A DNA stretch of 49,096 nucleotides from a virus (lineage: Duplodnaviria; Caudoviricetes). The notes under the pieces are model-generated. The model was not told the DNA's origin and did not search any database. It saw nothing but the letters and a program-made list of their open reading frames with translations. The position numbers were made by a program, and so were the translations under genes. This document shows positions 32,001 to 39,510 of the stretch, one piece after another. The stretch is from positions 1 through 49,096 of IMG/VR virus record IMGVR_UViG_3300005573_000128; one strand, given 5' to 3'. Position 1 is the stretch's first letter. Each line of letters opens with the position of its first letter.

Positions 32001-34991
32001 GAAGGAAGTTTTTATCATTTAGATGATATGGTTAAAACTTGGGGAAAAGATTATTATTTCCCACATACTTTTTTTGGGCAATATCTTTTAAAAATTAATG
32101 ACAAAATTGTTGCTTCTTATAATGATACATCAGAGCTTGCCTATATTTTAACAACTGAAACGGTAAAACATTATTTAGGTGAAAAAAGGAATAAAATAGA
32201 TATTGAACATAATTTGATGTATTCTGGTAACGCAAGTAGCATTTTATTATTAAATCTTTCGCCCGGAATGACATTAATAAACTATGCTATTAGAACAAGA
32301 AATTATAGTATGCTTTTATTTGATTTTTTCAAAACTTTATTTTCAAATTTAGGAATGAAAATTGAAGAAATTTCAAAAGAAGAAAAAAAAGAGTATGAAG
32401 AAAAAGATTGGCAAGTTGTATATGAAACAGAAGATAAAGTTATAGTTGCTAAGGATGAAACAGAGAAAACAGATGTAAGAATTATTAGAGGAATTTCAAA
32501 TTTAATGAGACGAGAAACCGAAACTGTTGATGTTTTTATGCCTTTAGTATTAGAAGAAGTTATTGCCAATAATGCGTTCCAGACAAAACGATGGATACAA
32601 AGATTGATTTTCCGTTCGAGTTGGAATTCAGTTATTAGAGGAGTTAATAATCAAGAATTATTATCAGAATTACTAAAAATAGAAAATGACCTTTTTGGAG
32701 TAATTAGAGACCCAATAGCAGAAAGACTAAATGCTATTTTTGAGGGTGTAGTAGCCTTTTTCCAAAGATTAATTTCCAAATCTGCTCTTGTAAAACCTCC
32801 GATAATAAACCAATTAGCGGAAACTATACTTTCTTGGAGTGCTCTATTAGCTAGTGCTGTTGTATTAGTGCCTAATATAGGATATCATTTGGTAAATTCG
32901 CTACAAGTTCCTGTTTTAGGAACTATTCATTATGGACCGGTATTAACTATGAAAGCATTATGGAAAACTTTAAAATATTTCCGTCCCTTAGGAAGGGATG
33001 TTATTGGCAATTTATGGAAGATTACTTTATCTTCAATGCCTGCTACTGCTGGTCAAGCGGATATAGAAAGAAGAGCTGATTGGTCATATAAAATAATTAA
33101 TCCTACAAGACGATTTATATCATCATTAATTTCTGTAGCAGAGTTATTAAACCAAAGATGGGGCTTTATGATAGGAATTGAGATGTTTAATGAACTTTTA
33201 AATTCTAAAATTAAAATGATTGTTAATGGAAAAATTCAGGATGTTACTTTTAAAGAATATCTTAATTTCCTTTGGACAAAAGAATGGAAATATTCTGAAA
33301 AAGAAATAAAAAATTATTTAGAAATGTTAGCAATATTAACTGGAATATTTGTTAATTATCAAATTAATTTCTCTAGGGTAATGCGTGGTTTTTATCCAAG
33401 AGCTTTTGATATGCCATTTTTTAGAACTACAGTCTTATGGTTGAAAGGATATTTTTATGGTTTTATAGTAAATTTCATTGCCAGACTACAAAATCCTTCT
33501 TTAAATATGTGGAATATTTTAATAAATTTAGGGCAAGACCTTTTAAGCCAAAAACCAGATAAAACATTATTACAAGAAGCAGTTAAATTTTTAGATAAAT
33601 ATCCTAATTTGAATGAAAATTTATTAAAACTTCTTGATTTGGTTAATTTTATAAATGAAAAAGGAATAGAAATTCCTAATGAAATGACTTTAGAGGAAAT
33701 TTTAAAACAGCCTGAAGTGAAAGATGTTAAAGTTATTTTTGATAAAAGATTTTTCTCTATAACGCGGAAATTAAAATGGGAAAGATTAAGATTCTTAGCT
33801 TGGTTTATAATTATCTATTTCTTATTACTTGGCTTAAGGGGAATAGAATGGTTAATGAGTTTATTTTATCGTCTTGTTCCGGAACTTGACCAAAAAGTAA
33901 GTATAGCAAAACAAAGTATAAAGAGTAAAATTGGAGAAAATTGGTATTATTTCTTAAATTATGGAGTTCTTTCAACAATGTTGGGTTATGATTGGGTTCA
34001 AAAATTTTTGCCAGCAATATCAATTGCTAATTTTGGTCGCACTCTAGCTGGTTCTGCTGAGGTTATGGTTGGAGCTTTTAGGGAGTGGCGTAGAGTAAGC
34101 GAATTATATCCTTTTAAATCAAAACTAACAACTCTTTTCATAGCCTCTTTAAGACAATCAGGTATTTTCTGGCCAATAACTCAAATAATACCATCTATAG
34201 CTGGCTTAAAAAATGATATAGTTTTTACACAAGAATTAAATCCCTTGGGTAGGCTTATAAATATTAGAGAATATACACCAAAATTTTCTTTAGCTTATTT
34301 TCTTAGCAAATATTTATCTCCTTCGCTTCTTTATATTTTAGGTATTCCACTAGGACATTCTGAAATGGTTCAAACTTATCGTTTTTTAGAAAATGTTACA
34401 AATTATTTTAATGAAAGAGCAAGTTATATTAGAAGCAAGGTTCTTCCTGTTTATATATTAACTTTTGATGAATATCTACTTGGTAAAGTAAAAAAAGAGG
34501 AATATGAAAGAGTTAAGAAAACAACTAAAGAACAACTTAAGCTTTATTTAAAATCAATTGAAAAAGGATATGAAATGTTAGGAATTACAGGTGAAGAAAA
34601 AAGAGAAAAAACATTAAATCATTTTATTACAAGTCTATCTGGATACGCATTTCTTGCTTCTTCTAATTTAATACAACCAAATCTTGTCTCAAGGCAAATA
34701 GGAAGAGCAAATGATATGATTTTTTATAACATTTTATCTTCTCCTACTATTCAAAATAATAGAATTATAAAAGATGCTCTTAAAGAATATCTTCTTTTTA
34801 ATATTTCTGACGATATCGGTATTACTCCTAATACAACAGAACAGCTTTTAATCTTATTGCCTTTAATAAAAGAAGTTTTAGAAGAAGAGCCAACTTTAAA
34901 AAAGCTCCTTGAAGCGGAAAAATTAGAATTTGAGCCCAAAGAAATAAAAATAGGCAAACTATACGAACTATTTAAAAAATCTAAAAAATGA
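20034..34991 (+). CDS. giant 4985-aa putative virion-ejected polyvalent protein with a JAB/RadC-like domain
   Basis: Uninterrupted 15-kb ORF; REVLAIF...LLEVHNHP at ~29.2-29.4 kb; coiled coils; hydrophobic C-terminal region. Confidence 0.7.
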   Translation: MSYWKYLKLLDLNEEKLKKEEALPVSSNLGDVGEYIEQIRNYLIKGITPPFEKFSVFKETNNYLFEKFRILASSNYEFLKTLEAENSSLLQLFLKDTKKKKLDEVSPQEIENNPKVQDLKALYLYQHIGDPEIAKMFYSYLLDYYLDNKFDIRKGEILSQNFKDIKNLLNYASTKLPEIKKQVETLSPEGIKIDFKQLDFSEVDDLYWATDELLDTLAPYIPEEKKKKLKELVKFLDEKATELSLNHEDFFTSDKRIDKNRVLEELQELIDRSEKEVFPGLADYFLPQIKTQLSKRIAQPPQKTFLEKLTPLTPSEEAWRSLSKIQLSPEKEEVLKYINEKKISLLSENKIKELTESFPIITGIPKEELRNNLNRLALSILPDIEFFNVFGEIVSQVEETKAYLNSTEQIAFETAVWHSLPENLKIGYQLWRFTGSLVEPIVSNFYKTKYADVEKIFYVNSQKTLYETVKKIKEQKGIDATDILLLDAFGEYKKAVQTAPFLINEEKSLATMAKWIIEYMPITAIKAGLITLGAPGVIATVLSTVAGAELRSQLVKNLNDKAYEIALEPIQIDTQEGGIIIKGALRDLKTSQLIARLDEYTEIGTEQAGELFLDTFFKALFSGISSKLPFLKLLTDTPILKRLFVFQPLNSWASEIGEELLAMPLEKLWRGEKITGKDFINTAWEALKTFTIFYGYTNLPASLVLNKGLTNKEVENILTYMKESSKAVDYIKEIDGELYVFDDFTKEGENTYKVTLVNVNDKNKTHIEIITKEQAEDFFSGFNQHLNSEKAINLVGDDIEIVRTLLNYGDWKKFSEKFGQKIDKPERIDEMDLVMLQIPEDFKNNPVFKPIAQIFEKEGFKEFSLLVFHKIGQGKQVEFISFPLDNNKILRISPKILKDLQGYVQILNFKDNFPEANDIINIANLTKFGESLDIYYINSKGEQAKISIPREDFSKIKKDNRKGIDIFRIGSKTIPLDNIYGAILRGIEKNIGFLNPEFLLTKRGVELVRTREVKPPYTIYGINWSKALPYLVSDELKIYILNIPLFPSQRQALKILAILKRLNDIKKEINEINESLKTVSEKEKADLSLKLENLQKEQERLNNEFNKIAKKFTGELKKDFIIHYAFLRKDGDISIREDNFPDFFKNVEKYIKDNYKMSLEEFLGKHDAQLLVKFKDTGSIVISKKDEKGRKKVKKIAEDIVDVSENDLKDAEVSVYDFRIGKEINDKLNERGYEDPDVISFFVRNYGENSLKRIIKLDLKYEDYIALLKNGYNISDIKRYIFKPSLSLEKAKNNLSQMLKFKKEDFLSGETKIEKATEEEPKEEMKGVEKGEEEKKVEEIRKAEEEGEPKEEIEKAEEEEDRIELIEDNLKLLLDLGWNRELLIRYVKNKEIIEDIIKNKKSFFDVFKEVVTKYGFRPEDLNDMDLEEKYRKINGLYNPQETVFYPYPRFIKIILQKEFSHIFSHHLSIFLNPFVLFWQKWRLDTLNHIDFIDDLEDTSLSVLFSKLQQDGIINFEKFSKEVTPDVIHRYISGVENNRKELKDFLKQSKEFQEYFTKYLSLLTEFFDKIDKLIREFPSEKYFDEFSRFLIWIIKKYLIITKLEVEIEDKKTGRKIKDFFPVPLFKLFDEESIKLAEKGLGMKIEPFEVKPFEFLEYKGKRGVLKIDGAYVKLNEEKKEVEYYKEIRPEKYEKAFQEVIKILKRYFEIGYVVNREQEKDFFEFFKKRKIENYYIIELNEPVLFAWDLLYNDKSIDYQKSLKEIISLHIYPSFENILTYLRKFIGFGYYEHEKVSNFYAELERFFEDFFSQKEINVKNLKRYAIEMYILMANLNDALKKNTFYYFIEIIDNKLSSNDLASFLYNYIPFYFVYYSLIPTYLNFENLQYPFSPHFRLSTSSDYKIFLSVLKNMLENSGLYDKSFYLFFGKILKGKEKLNNFVILNYVFNNIRRMLFRLKNDVIKGRIKGKEINNLKFLGNLGEKEINDLALKEAKIFLENLKAELKEEALPKKPQTIFKVSSQNIGKVLQLLKTLYKNKDLTNKALYFYLRIEKERKTVELYWRVEKISDDKIIFHYPIFWDTELQRQDALQILQKYGISLDTSIGNALKKIEEILQEQYKEFIKTQEVVKPTLTEKIKKTPEFLTKIDSRLEELKFKLKEIIEQKIALEETPISHILGKEVSFKEFEDFLVENKIKEIEFSLPDIWINKTKEGFIIYPYDIVKTIFDPYGLSASDIGVFLDIPSILDYLLRRKENKYIKSLLNFIEKFNQWLKKQPHLPEIIFQTFGLHSPEKEEFWNLFEGNTKIYITKNQGQITVNDFTYYYKSIKEKQRTIFYDENEILVPILVFEDAEGNLLIEDLKIRFDEDEGDYVCDQKLELRDFLRIITSHIDKIPSYIFTLKEQLGSKIKKLKRFILLYNPESGTILVFRSGEKELYYDDIKFEVQNKKGELYSYHGIPKIDMIKNIEYSGYLRILLSPIQDLEKNFWKISLSNYGEKKYGKIRFIYNLNWKENLPLKELDNYNVTYFNDPNLYLINEPQEKFTKFLETYQKKIVNENFDVINKELDIAFVKIPVFLLRETERGYEAQSQEISLKKFLEDFSPIERTIELNDNDISLILNSLASYKDGINKLYSSSDFLELFYNILQFNEIFQKKFLEALEINEIPTDKELEIKSIANLLDFLENFLPRMPSEILETIKRLRELYEKLEKAKKLPETKEKLNQRIKELNRQFKEAEKNEEKEKLIKEIKKAEKELIELEKLEKELSEKEKLIDKLKELEKLGESRVIIMKKAKIVRKIEELEKFGVEARLAGEIEENSKYLFRLFRNFLERKKLQQLFLDKIYEYFKNAINKFPQLPSIDDLSKFYEKYYIIPKEQFEQFQSKVLSKLNDAEKAIIYYLHPFILTLKDLDLSKIEDPIVRNVLSGIINLINDKRALVLILLTGGRFHFDLFQAFLYFYMKSTHELLETKNVVFLPNILTAYLPYFFAPDVKDVDNLWRDLYFYYLFGEQPSVFVSGGKFALYEPRQIMIEGDIFDILKQKYELFRANSPIKNLKEFIKYYFFDTSREVLAIFVIKNNEIKEMRLLGIGNEDSVIPSENYKEIYEDLKEKYPKEEGYMLLEVHNHPANTLPTIHNFNYYFRIRRELGFDAEYYKSAVLTEDYIFFIDVTPEEYSKNKDFYEKNFQGYKLSKILEKFEEKEIPFLKIYPLEDFTSKYIIHFYDDYVINKENFWNEIRQRFSNVENPDVVVFPDTYVSLFGYEIPKLENAETLKEFFKKLMINNSYRPFMYFMVFIKDKFPQEWVSTAFEEAIKEVEKDLKTKIVGECIIYGFDTDRKQITKLGYARVLPVNIFPLRVTKADLEQLENFPYLKEEISEEKEKNKRIELFINELNDAIETGKDVEAIIDGWIERGITDDINTYIEAVAERKKMEAKLFDMPQDFREYILDFIQRTAGEKITITNLINERIEPKEFAIRPPTTEKGEEIKGEEAVGEADITGKRIEMEEIMIEEKKIKIPKIYITILQNNFYIPKEQAIEELKKMKGDPIKTFINLARITQYPTKEDIKRNPNILLNSEYILIHEMYVDENEKIIKFNTENDAKARARILNEELPDEERWQVGRARDKYFLYRDKIILTDRIEELSVKDENLIIKATGEEYSFPLDNFIHEENQQVFNFSLVLQELTEDSIKRTLRYLPNYYIAQKTDNYEDAEKAKEELYKRGFSEKDLKIEEYKLKEGGSVFIIWARRRHFEIAILKGYGKIFFEAVQKIRTTPYFPAMFKLAQLYVRLPTYQRQLLMKLMVLAMLYNLNLTRSIEEVNNLIKELKLLEIIKKIKKDRLLKDFFKKLSNKIAKKIRPGQEIATDFITNKANEILDAYPQEEKEQLTKMLETLYLIKWLIESWEKIRTTEEFQKLQGTPEGQAEIAQQGLMSIDNLPNIISPYTNKEIRIYDYIDKNILTEFHSKMSEFYDKQRREIVRAILIASGFEEVDKDHFWREGSFYHLDDMVKTWGKDYYFPHTFFGQYLLKINDKIVASYNDTSELAYILTTETVKHYLGEKRNKIDIEHNLMYSGNASSILLLNLSPGMTLINYAIRTRNYSMLLFDFFKTLFSNLGMKIEEISKEEKKEYEEKDWQVVYETEDKVIVAKDETEKTDVRIIRGISNLMRRETETVDVFMPLVLEEVIANNAFQTKRWIQRLIFRSSWNSVIRGVNNQELLSELLKIENDLFGVIRDPIAERLNAIFEGVVAFFQRLISKSALVKPPIINQLAETILSWSALLASAVVLVPNIGYHLVNSLQVPVLGTIHYGPVLTMKALWKTLKYFRPLGRDVIGNLWKITLSSMPATAGQADIERRADWSYKIINPTRRFISSLISVAELLNQRWGFMIGIEMFNELLNSKIKMIVNGKIQDVTFKEYLNFLWTKEWKYSEKEIKNYLEMLAILTGIFVNYQINFSRVMRGFYPRAFDMPFFRTTVLWLKGYFYGFIVNFIARLQNPSLNMWNILINLGQDLLSQKPDKTLLQEAVKFLDKYPNLNENLLKLLDLVNFINEKGIEIPNEMTLEEILKQPEVKDVKVIFDKRFFSITRKLKWERLRFLAWFIIIYFLLLGLRGIEWLMSLFYRLVPELDQKVSIAKQSIKSKIGENWYYFLNYGVLSTMLGYDWVQKFLPAISIANFGRTLAGSAEVMVGAFREWRRVSELYPFKSKLTTLFIASLRQSGIFWPITQIIPSIAGLKNDIVFTQELNPLGRLINIREYTPKFSLAYFLSKYLSPSLLYILGIPLGHSEMVQTYRFLENVTNYFNERASYIRSKVLPVYILTFDEYLLGKVKKEEYERVKKTTKEQLKLYLKSIEKGYEMLGITGEEKREKTLNHFITSLSGYAFLASSNLIQPNLVSRQIGRANDMIFYNILSSPTIQNNRIIKDALKEYLLFNISDDIGITPNTTEQLLILLPLIKEVLEEEPTLKKLLEAEKLEFEPKEIKIGKLYELFKKSKK

Positions 34992-35680
34992 GAAAAATTG
35001 ATATTAGAAAAAAACAAGGTTTAGGAGAATTAACTTATGAAGTTTTTAAATATGACCCTCGTGCTTTTTTACTTACTTGTATATTCACTTATGACCCTGA
35101 TAGTAAAGAAAAGATAAGACCATTTCCTGATTATGATTATATTTGGTTTTGGCTTGATGTTTGGTTAAATGAGCAATATATTTTGATTTTAAAATCAAGG
35201 CAAATAATGGCTACTTGGACTTTTTTGGCTTTTCATTTTTGGAAGGCTTGTTTTTATCCAGGCACTTTTTGTATTTTACAATCTTCAAAAGAAAGCAAAG
35301 CAGGTTGGGGCGGAACAAAATCAGCAACAGACCCATCGGCTTTATTAAGTAGAGTAAAGTTTTTCTATGACCATTTACCTGAATTTATACATGACCATTG
35401 GGAAATTGCTTGTGCTTTTCAAGACCCAATGATAGTATTAAAAAACAAAAAAGAAGGGGGAGAAAGCATTTTAAAGGCTATTTCTTCAAAAGAATATGAT
35501 TTTAGAGGCTTTCCCAAAGGGATATATATATTAGCCGATGAGTTAGCATTTCAACCAGAAGCTCACCAAGCTTTTGTTTCCGCCCAACCGCTAATCGGAA
35601 GTGAAGGAAAATATACCGCAATAACTACAGCTGCTAATAATCAGTTTTTACTTTCTTTAATGTATGGAAAAGAAAGATGA
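34988..35680 (+). CDS. terminase large subunit, ATPase half
   Basis: ILKSRQIMATW (Walker A-like), ILADELAF (Walker B), ITTA coupling motif. Confidence 0.75.
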   Translation: MRKIDIRKKQGLGELTYEVFKYDPRAFLLTCIFTYDPDSKEKIRPFPDYDYIWFWLDVWLNEQYILILKSRQIMATWTFLAFHFWKACFYPGTFCILQSSKESKAGWGGTKSATDPSALLSRVKFFYDHLPEFIHDHWEIACAFQDPMIVLKNKKEGGESILKAISSKEYDFRGFPKGIYILADELAFQPEAHQAFVSAQPLIGSEGKYTAITTAANNQFLLSLMYGKER

Positions 35681-36714
35681 GTGAGGAAAGGTCTTATTTA
35701 GATAAATATCCCAAAGAAGTTAATACAAAAGAAGAAATTCATAAATATTTTCGTTGTAAAATACCTGATAATGCTATAAATCCTACTCCCTATACAATTC
35801 TTTGGAAAAATGAAAAGAATGGTTTTTGTATTTTATTAACATCTTATAAAGTTCTTCCGCAATATAGGGAAAATGAAGCGGAAATGGAAAAAGTAAAAAA
35901 GACTTTATCAAGAATAGAATTTAATAGAGAATATTTAATGGATGTTAATGTAAATTTAGCCCAAGCAAGAATTTATACTACTTTTAATGAACAGGTTCAT
36001 ATTATTAGAGAAGAAGAAATTAGATTAAATCCTGATTTTCCGATTTTAAGGGGATGGGATTTTGGAAGAAGGCATCCAGCTGTTGTTTTTGCTCAAAAAA
36101 TAACCCATGACGCGGAATATCCGCAAGGAACTTTTCTTATCTTAAAAGAAGTAATGGGAGAAAATGTAAGTTTAAATGAATTCATAGACCAAATATTACA
36201 TATATCCCAAATGGATTTTGAAGGTTTTAAATTTAAAGATTTTTGTGACCCTATTTCTATTACCCAAAAATCAGATAAAGCAGATTTTTCCGCAATGGAA
36301 CTTCTATATAATAGGGGTATAATTCCAGCCTACCAAAAATTTACTATCACAACAGGTGTTAATTTGATTGATACAATGCTAACTTATAGAATAGGTGGTA
36401 AATATCCTTTTATTTTAGTTTCTTCTTCTTGTTCTCAATTAATTTCAGGTTTTATGGGTGGTTTCAGATGGGATAAAAGTGGTTCTTTGCCTTTAAAAGA
36501 TGGTTATTATGAACATTTACACGATGCTTTAAGATATATAGTCACTTTAAATTATACTTTTGAAGAAGTTTTTTATCTTTCAAAAAGAGAACCCCACCAT
36601 AAACCAGTAATAACAGAAGATGTCTATACAAGAAGAATTAAAGAATATATTAAAAAGAAATTAGAAATAAAGAATAAAAAGATAAAAATAGTAAAGTTAG
36701 GACAGCCAAAATAA
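35677..36714 (+). CDS. terminase large subunit, nuclease half
   Basis: FNREY, RGWDFGRRHP, CDP, EHLHDALRY. Confidence 0.8.
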   Translation: MSEERSYLDKYPKEVNTKEEIHKYFRCKIPDNAINPTPYTILWKNEKNGFCILLTSYKVLPQYRENEAEMEKVKKTLSRIEFNREYLMDVNVNLAQARIYTTFNEQVHIIREEEIRLNPDFPILRGWDFGRRHPAVVFAQKITHDAEYPQGTFLILKEVMGENVSLNEFIDQILHISQMDFEGFKFKDFCDPISITQKSDKADFSAMELLYNRGIIPAYQKFTITTGVNLIDTMLTYRIGGKYPFILVSSSCSQLISGFMGGFRWDKSGSLPLKDGYYEHLHDALRYIVTLNYTFEEVFYLSKREPHHKPVITEDVYTRRIKEYIKKKLEIKNKKIKIVKLGQPK

Positions 36715-36735
36715 GCATAATCAATAATATCCATC

Positions 36736-36764
36736 TTGACATTTGACTATTTTTGGACTATATT
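36736..36764 (+). promoter_or_regulatory. sigma70-like promoter
   Basis: TTGACA-17 bp-TATATT, with TTTTTGGAC before the -10 box. Confidence 0.75.
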
Positions 36765-36805
36765 TATATATATGTTAGTTTCTTTAACTTTAAAAGGAGG
36801 AAATA

Positions 36806-37348
36806 ATGAAAATAAAACAAACAAAATCTGCCCAACCAGGGCAGAAGGTAGAGCTTTCGGGGACAATTATTCGTGTGTCCCCACCAACCAAATCCAAAAA
36901 AGGAACTTGGCAGACAGCTATCTTAAGGGATGACACTGGTGAAATCTTGCTTTTCTTTCAGAAAAACTTCATAAATGAAAGTTTTCTAAATAAATCCGTA
37001 AAAGCAGTAGGAGAATTCAGTTTATATTTTAGTTCCGACAAAAACACTTATCTTCCAAAGGTAAATGTGGAAAAAGTAGAACTTTCAGAAAAAGAAGAAC
37101 CTAAATTAACTGATACTGATAATTCCGATTTAAAAGATTTCTTAATCAAATTATCGTGTTGTCTTTTATTAATGGAAAAAGTGATTGATGGAAAAGTGAC
37201 AGATAAAGATGATATTAGAGAGACATTAGGAATAATGATAAATACAGTTAAGAAAATCATTAATACGACCAAAAAAGCGGAAGAAGAAGTTGAGGAAGAA
37301 GTAGAAGACCTTACTGAACAAGAGCTTAAAAATGAGGGGGATATCTAA
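36806..37348 (+). CDS. OB-fold ssDNA-binding-like protein with acidic tail
   Basis: VELSGTI...ILRDDTGEI motif; AGGAGG RBS. Confidence 0.65.
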   Translation: MKIKQTKSAQPGQKVELSGTIIRVSPPTKSKKGTWQTAILRDDTGEILLFFQKNFINESFLNKSVKAVGEFSLYFSSDKNTYLPKVNVEKVELSEKEEPKLTDTDNSDLKDFLIKLSCCLLLMEKVIDGKVTDKDDIRETLGIMINTVKKIINTTKKAEEEVEEEVEDLTEQELKNEGDI

Positions 37349-37366
37349 GGGTATCCCCCTTTATTT
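37335..37366 (+). terminator. hairpin / possible terminator
   Basis: AGGGGGATATC-TAAG-GGTATCCCCCT followed by TTATTT. Confidence 0.55.
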
Positions 37367-37380
37367 AATTAGGAGGGAAA

Positions 37381-38502
37381 ATGCTTTATTTTCAATGTCC
37401 TGATGGGATAATAATAGGAAGTAAAGATTGTTTAGAAGCGTGCCGATTAGGTGAGCGTTGTATTCACATTTCAGTATTAAAGATGCTAGCTGATGATAGG
37501 AATTATACCGATACTCAATATACGATTACTGATATTGTAGATGAGCCATTAAGGGTCTTTTTAAAGCGGAAAAACATTGTGGTAATTAATCCTTTTTCTC
37601 AAATGACAGCTTTTATTGGGTTAGTGTTTCATAAGCATTTTGCGGAAACAGAAGAGAAAGGAGTTGAGACAGAGAAATCGTTAATGACAAAAATAAAAGA
37701 TTTTGATTTATTTGGAAGGGTGGATAAAATTCAAGAAGAAAAGATTGTAGACCATAAGGTTGTTTCAACGAATATGATATTTCTTTTAAAGAAAGGCAAG
37801 GTGGAATTAAGACCTGAGTGGATAAAACAACTTCAATATTATTATTATCTTGCCAAAGTAAATGATTTAAAAATCAAGGATTTAGAGCTTAATATATGGG
37901 GGTTGAGAGATGTTGATGCTTCTACGCCTAGTGATTTTATTTTTCATAAGGTTTATGTTCCTATTCCTTCTGATATAAAACACTTAGAAGCGGAAATCTA
38001 TGATAAAATGCTTGTTCTTTATAATTATCTTAAAAATAATGTTGTTCCGCCTATTTGCGAAAATTGGAATACGGAAAGATGTAACCGATATTGTAATTTG
38101 AATTATTTGTGTCCATTCTTTTCCGATTTAAAAGAAAATAAAGGTTTAGAAGAAAGAATAATTGAAATACCCGAAGAAACGGAATTACATCAAAAGGTTA
38201 GTGAATATATAATGTCCCAAGAAATTTTTAAACAATACAAAAAGGATGTTGAAGAAGGCAGAAAACGAATGTTAGATTATGCTTTAAAGAATAGAGCAAA
38301 TGTGGTTAAAATCAAAATGGAAGGGGAAGAAAAGAAATTCCAAGTAATTAGGCGTGAAAGAATGACAATAGATACTCAAAAGTTAAAAGAATTACCTGAT
38401 GAGATTTACCAAGAACTTTTGAAGCGGAATATAATTAGAAAAATTTATTATTACACAATCTTACCAAAAAACAATGAAGAGACCATATCTTCTTTGGACT
38501 GA
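37381..38502 (+). CDS. Cas4-like PD-(D/E)xK exonuclease with Cys clusters
   Basis: GRVD...IVDHK, QLQYY; N-terminal Cys cluster and C-terminal C-x3-C-x5-C. Confidence 0.8.
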   Translation: MLYFQCPDGIIIGSKDCLEACRLGERCIHISVLKMLADDRNYTDTQYTITDIVDEPLRVFLKRKNIVVINPFSQMTAFIGLVFHKHFAETEEKGVETEKSLMTKIKDFDLFGRVDKIQEEKIVDHKVVSTNMIFLLKKGKVELRPEWIKQLQYYYYLAKVNDLKIKDLELNIWGLRDVDASTPSDFIFHKVYVPIPSDIKHLEAEIYDKMLVLYNYLKNNVVPPICENWNTERCNRYCNLNYLCPFFSDLKENKGLEERIIEIPEETELHQKVSEYIMSQEIFKQYKKDVEEGRKRMLDYALKNRANVVKIKMEGEEKKFQVIRRERMTIDTQKLKELPDEIYQELLKRNIIRKIYYYTILPKNNEETISSLD

Positions 38503-38725
38503 AAAAGAGGAAAAGATAGTTAAGAAATTGATTGAGAGATTTAATAATGAAGTTCCGCTTGATGAAATTCAAAAGGTTTTTCCTTATCGGGGCGTTAATT
38601 CTTTAAGGTCAAAAGTAAAAGCTTTGGGCGGAAGAATAATCACAAGACATTTTCATTCTTATGAACCCGATGAGAAAGCCTTACAAGAAATTTTAAAAGT
38701 AGAAAAAATTAAAAAGAAAAAATGA
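38474..38725 (+). CDS. Myb/SANT-like HTH protein
   Basis: WTEKEE...FPYRGVNSLRSK. Confidence 0.6.
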   Translation: MKRPYLLWTEKEEKIVKKLIERFNNEVPLDEIQKVFPYRGVNSLRSKVKALGGRIITRHFHSYEPDEKALQEILKVEKIKKKK

Positions 38726-39510
38726 AAATAGTAGTTATTTCCGACCTTCATGTGGGTTCAATATTTGCTCCTTTTCCGCCTGATTTTAAAACAAAAGAAG
38801 GTAATCGGGTAGGTTTAAATAAGGGGCAAATGAAATTATACAAAGATTTTCTAAAATTCAAAAAAGAAATAAAAGAGTTTAATCCTGATATTATTCTACT
38901 TCTTGGTGATTTAGTTCAGGGATATAATCCAAAAGAATTTGGGCAATTAGTAATGCCTTGTGATTTAGTTGACCAGGCAGAAGCAGTTGTATATTTACTT
39001 CAAGATATTTGCGAAAAGAAAATGGTTTTTGGTGTTCCAGGAACTCTTTATCATAAAGGGGTTGAGTTTCATCCTGAAAAAGTAATTACCGAAAAATTGG
39101 GCGGAAAATATTTTTCTTATGGTGTTAAGACTTTATTAATTGAGAAATTCTATGTGAATATTGGGCATGGAGCTACAGGCAGTAATCTATACAAATTATT
39201 CGTTTTAGAAAGGGAAAGCATGTTTGTGAAATTATCGGAATATATGAAAAAGATTTCTCCAATTGATATCATAATAAGAGGACATTTACATTGGGCTGGA
39301 TTTTTCTATCTTCCGAATTTAAAAATCTTCTATTTACAAAATCCTTGTTGGCAAGCGTGGTTTCCAATAAAAAAGTCTTTGAGATATTTTGGGTTATATC
39401 AACCTGATATTGGCGGAATATTTTTAGAAATTCCCTCTCAAAAGGATTTTAATAAAATAAGGGTTTCATTTAAGTTATATGAAAATCCTAAAATGGAGTT
39501 GTTTGTATGA
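38722..39510 (+). CDS. calcineurin-like metallophosphoesterase
   Basis: SDLHVG, LGDLVQG, GHG, RGHLH. Confidence 0.85.
   Translation: MKIVVISDLHVGSIFAPFPPDFKTKEGNRVGLNKGQMKLYKDFLKFKKEIKEFNPDIILLLGDLVQGYNPKEFGQLVMPCDLVDQAEAVVYLLQDICEKKMVFGVPGTLYHKGVEFHPEKVITEKLGGKYFSYGVKTLLIEKFYVNIGHGATGSNLYKLFVLERESMFVKLSEYMKKISPIDIIIRGHLHWAGFFYLPNLKIFYLQNPCWQAWFPIKKSLRYFGLYQPDIGGIFLEIPSQKDFNKIRVSFKLYENPKMELFV

Noticed and set aside
36736-36933. 65-aa ORF, and similar alternative-frame ORFs at 11011 and 14263
   Set aside because: The TTG start at 36736 is a -35 box, and all three overlap better-supported genes.
37381-38502. CRISPR-Cas locus
   Set aside because: Only a solo Cas4-like nuclease is present, with no cas1/cas2, effector genes or array.
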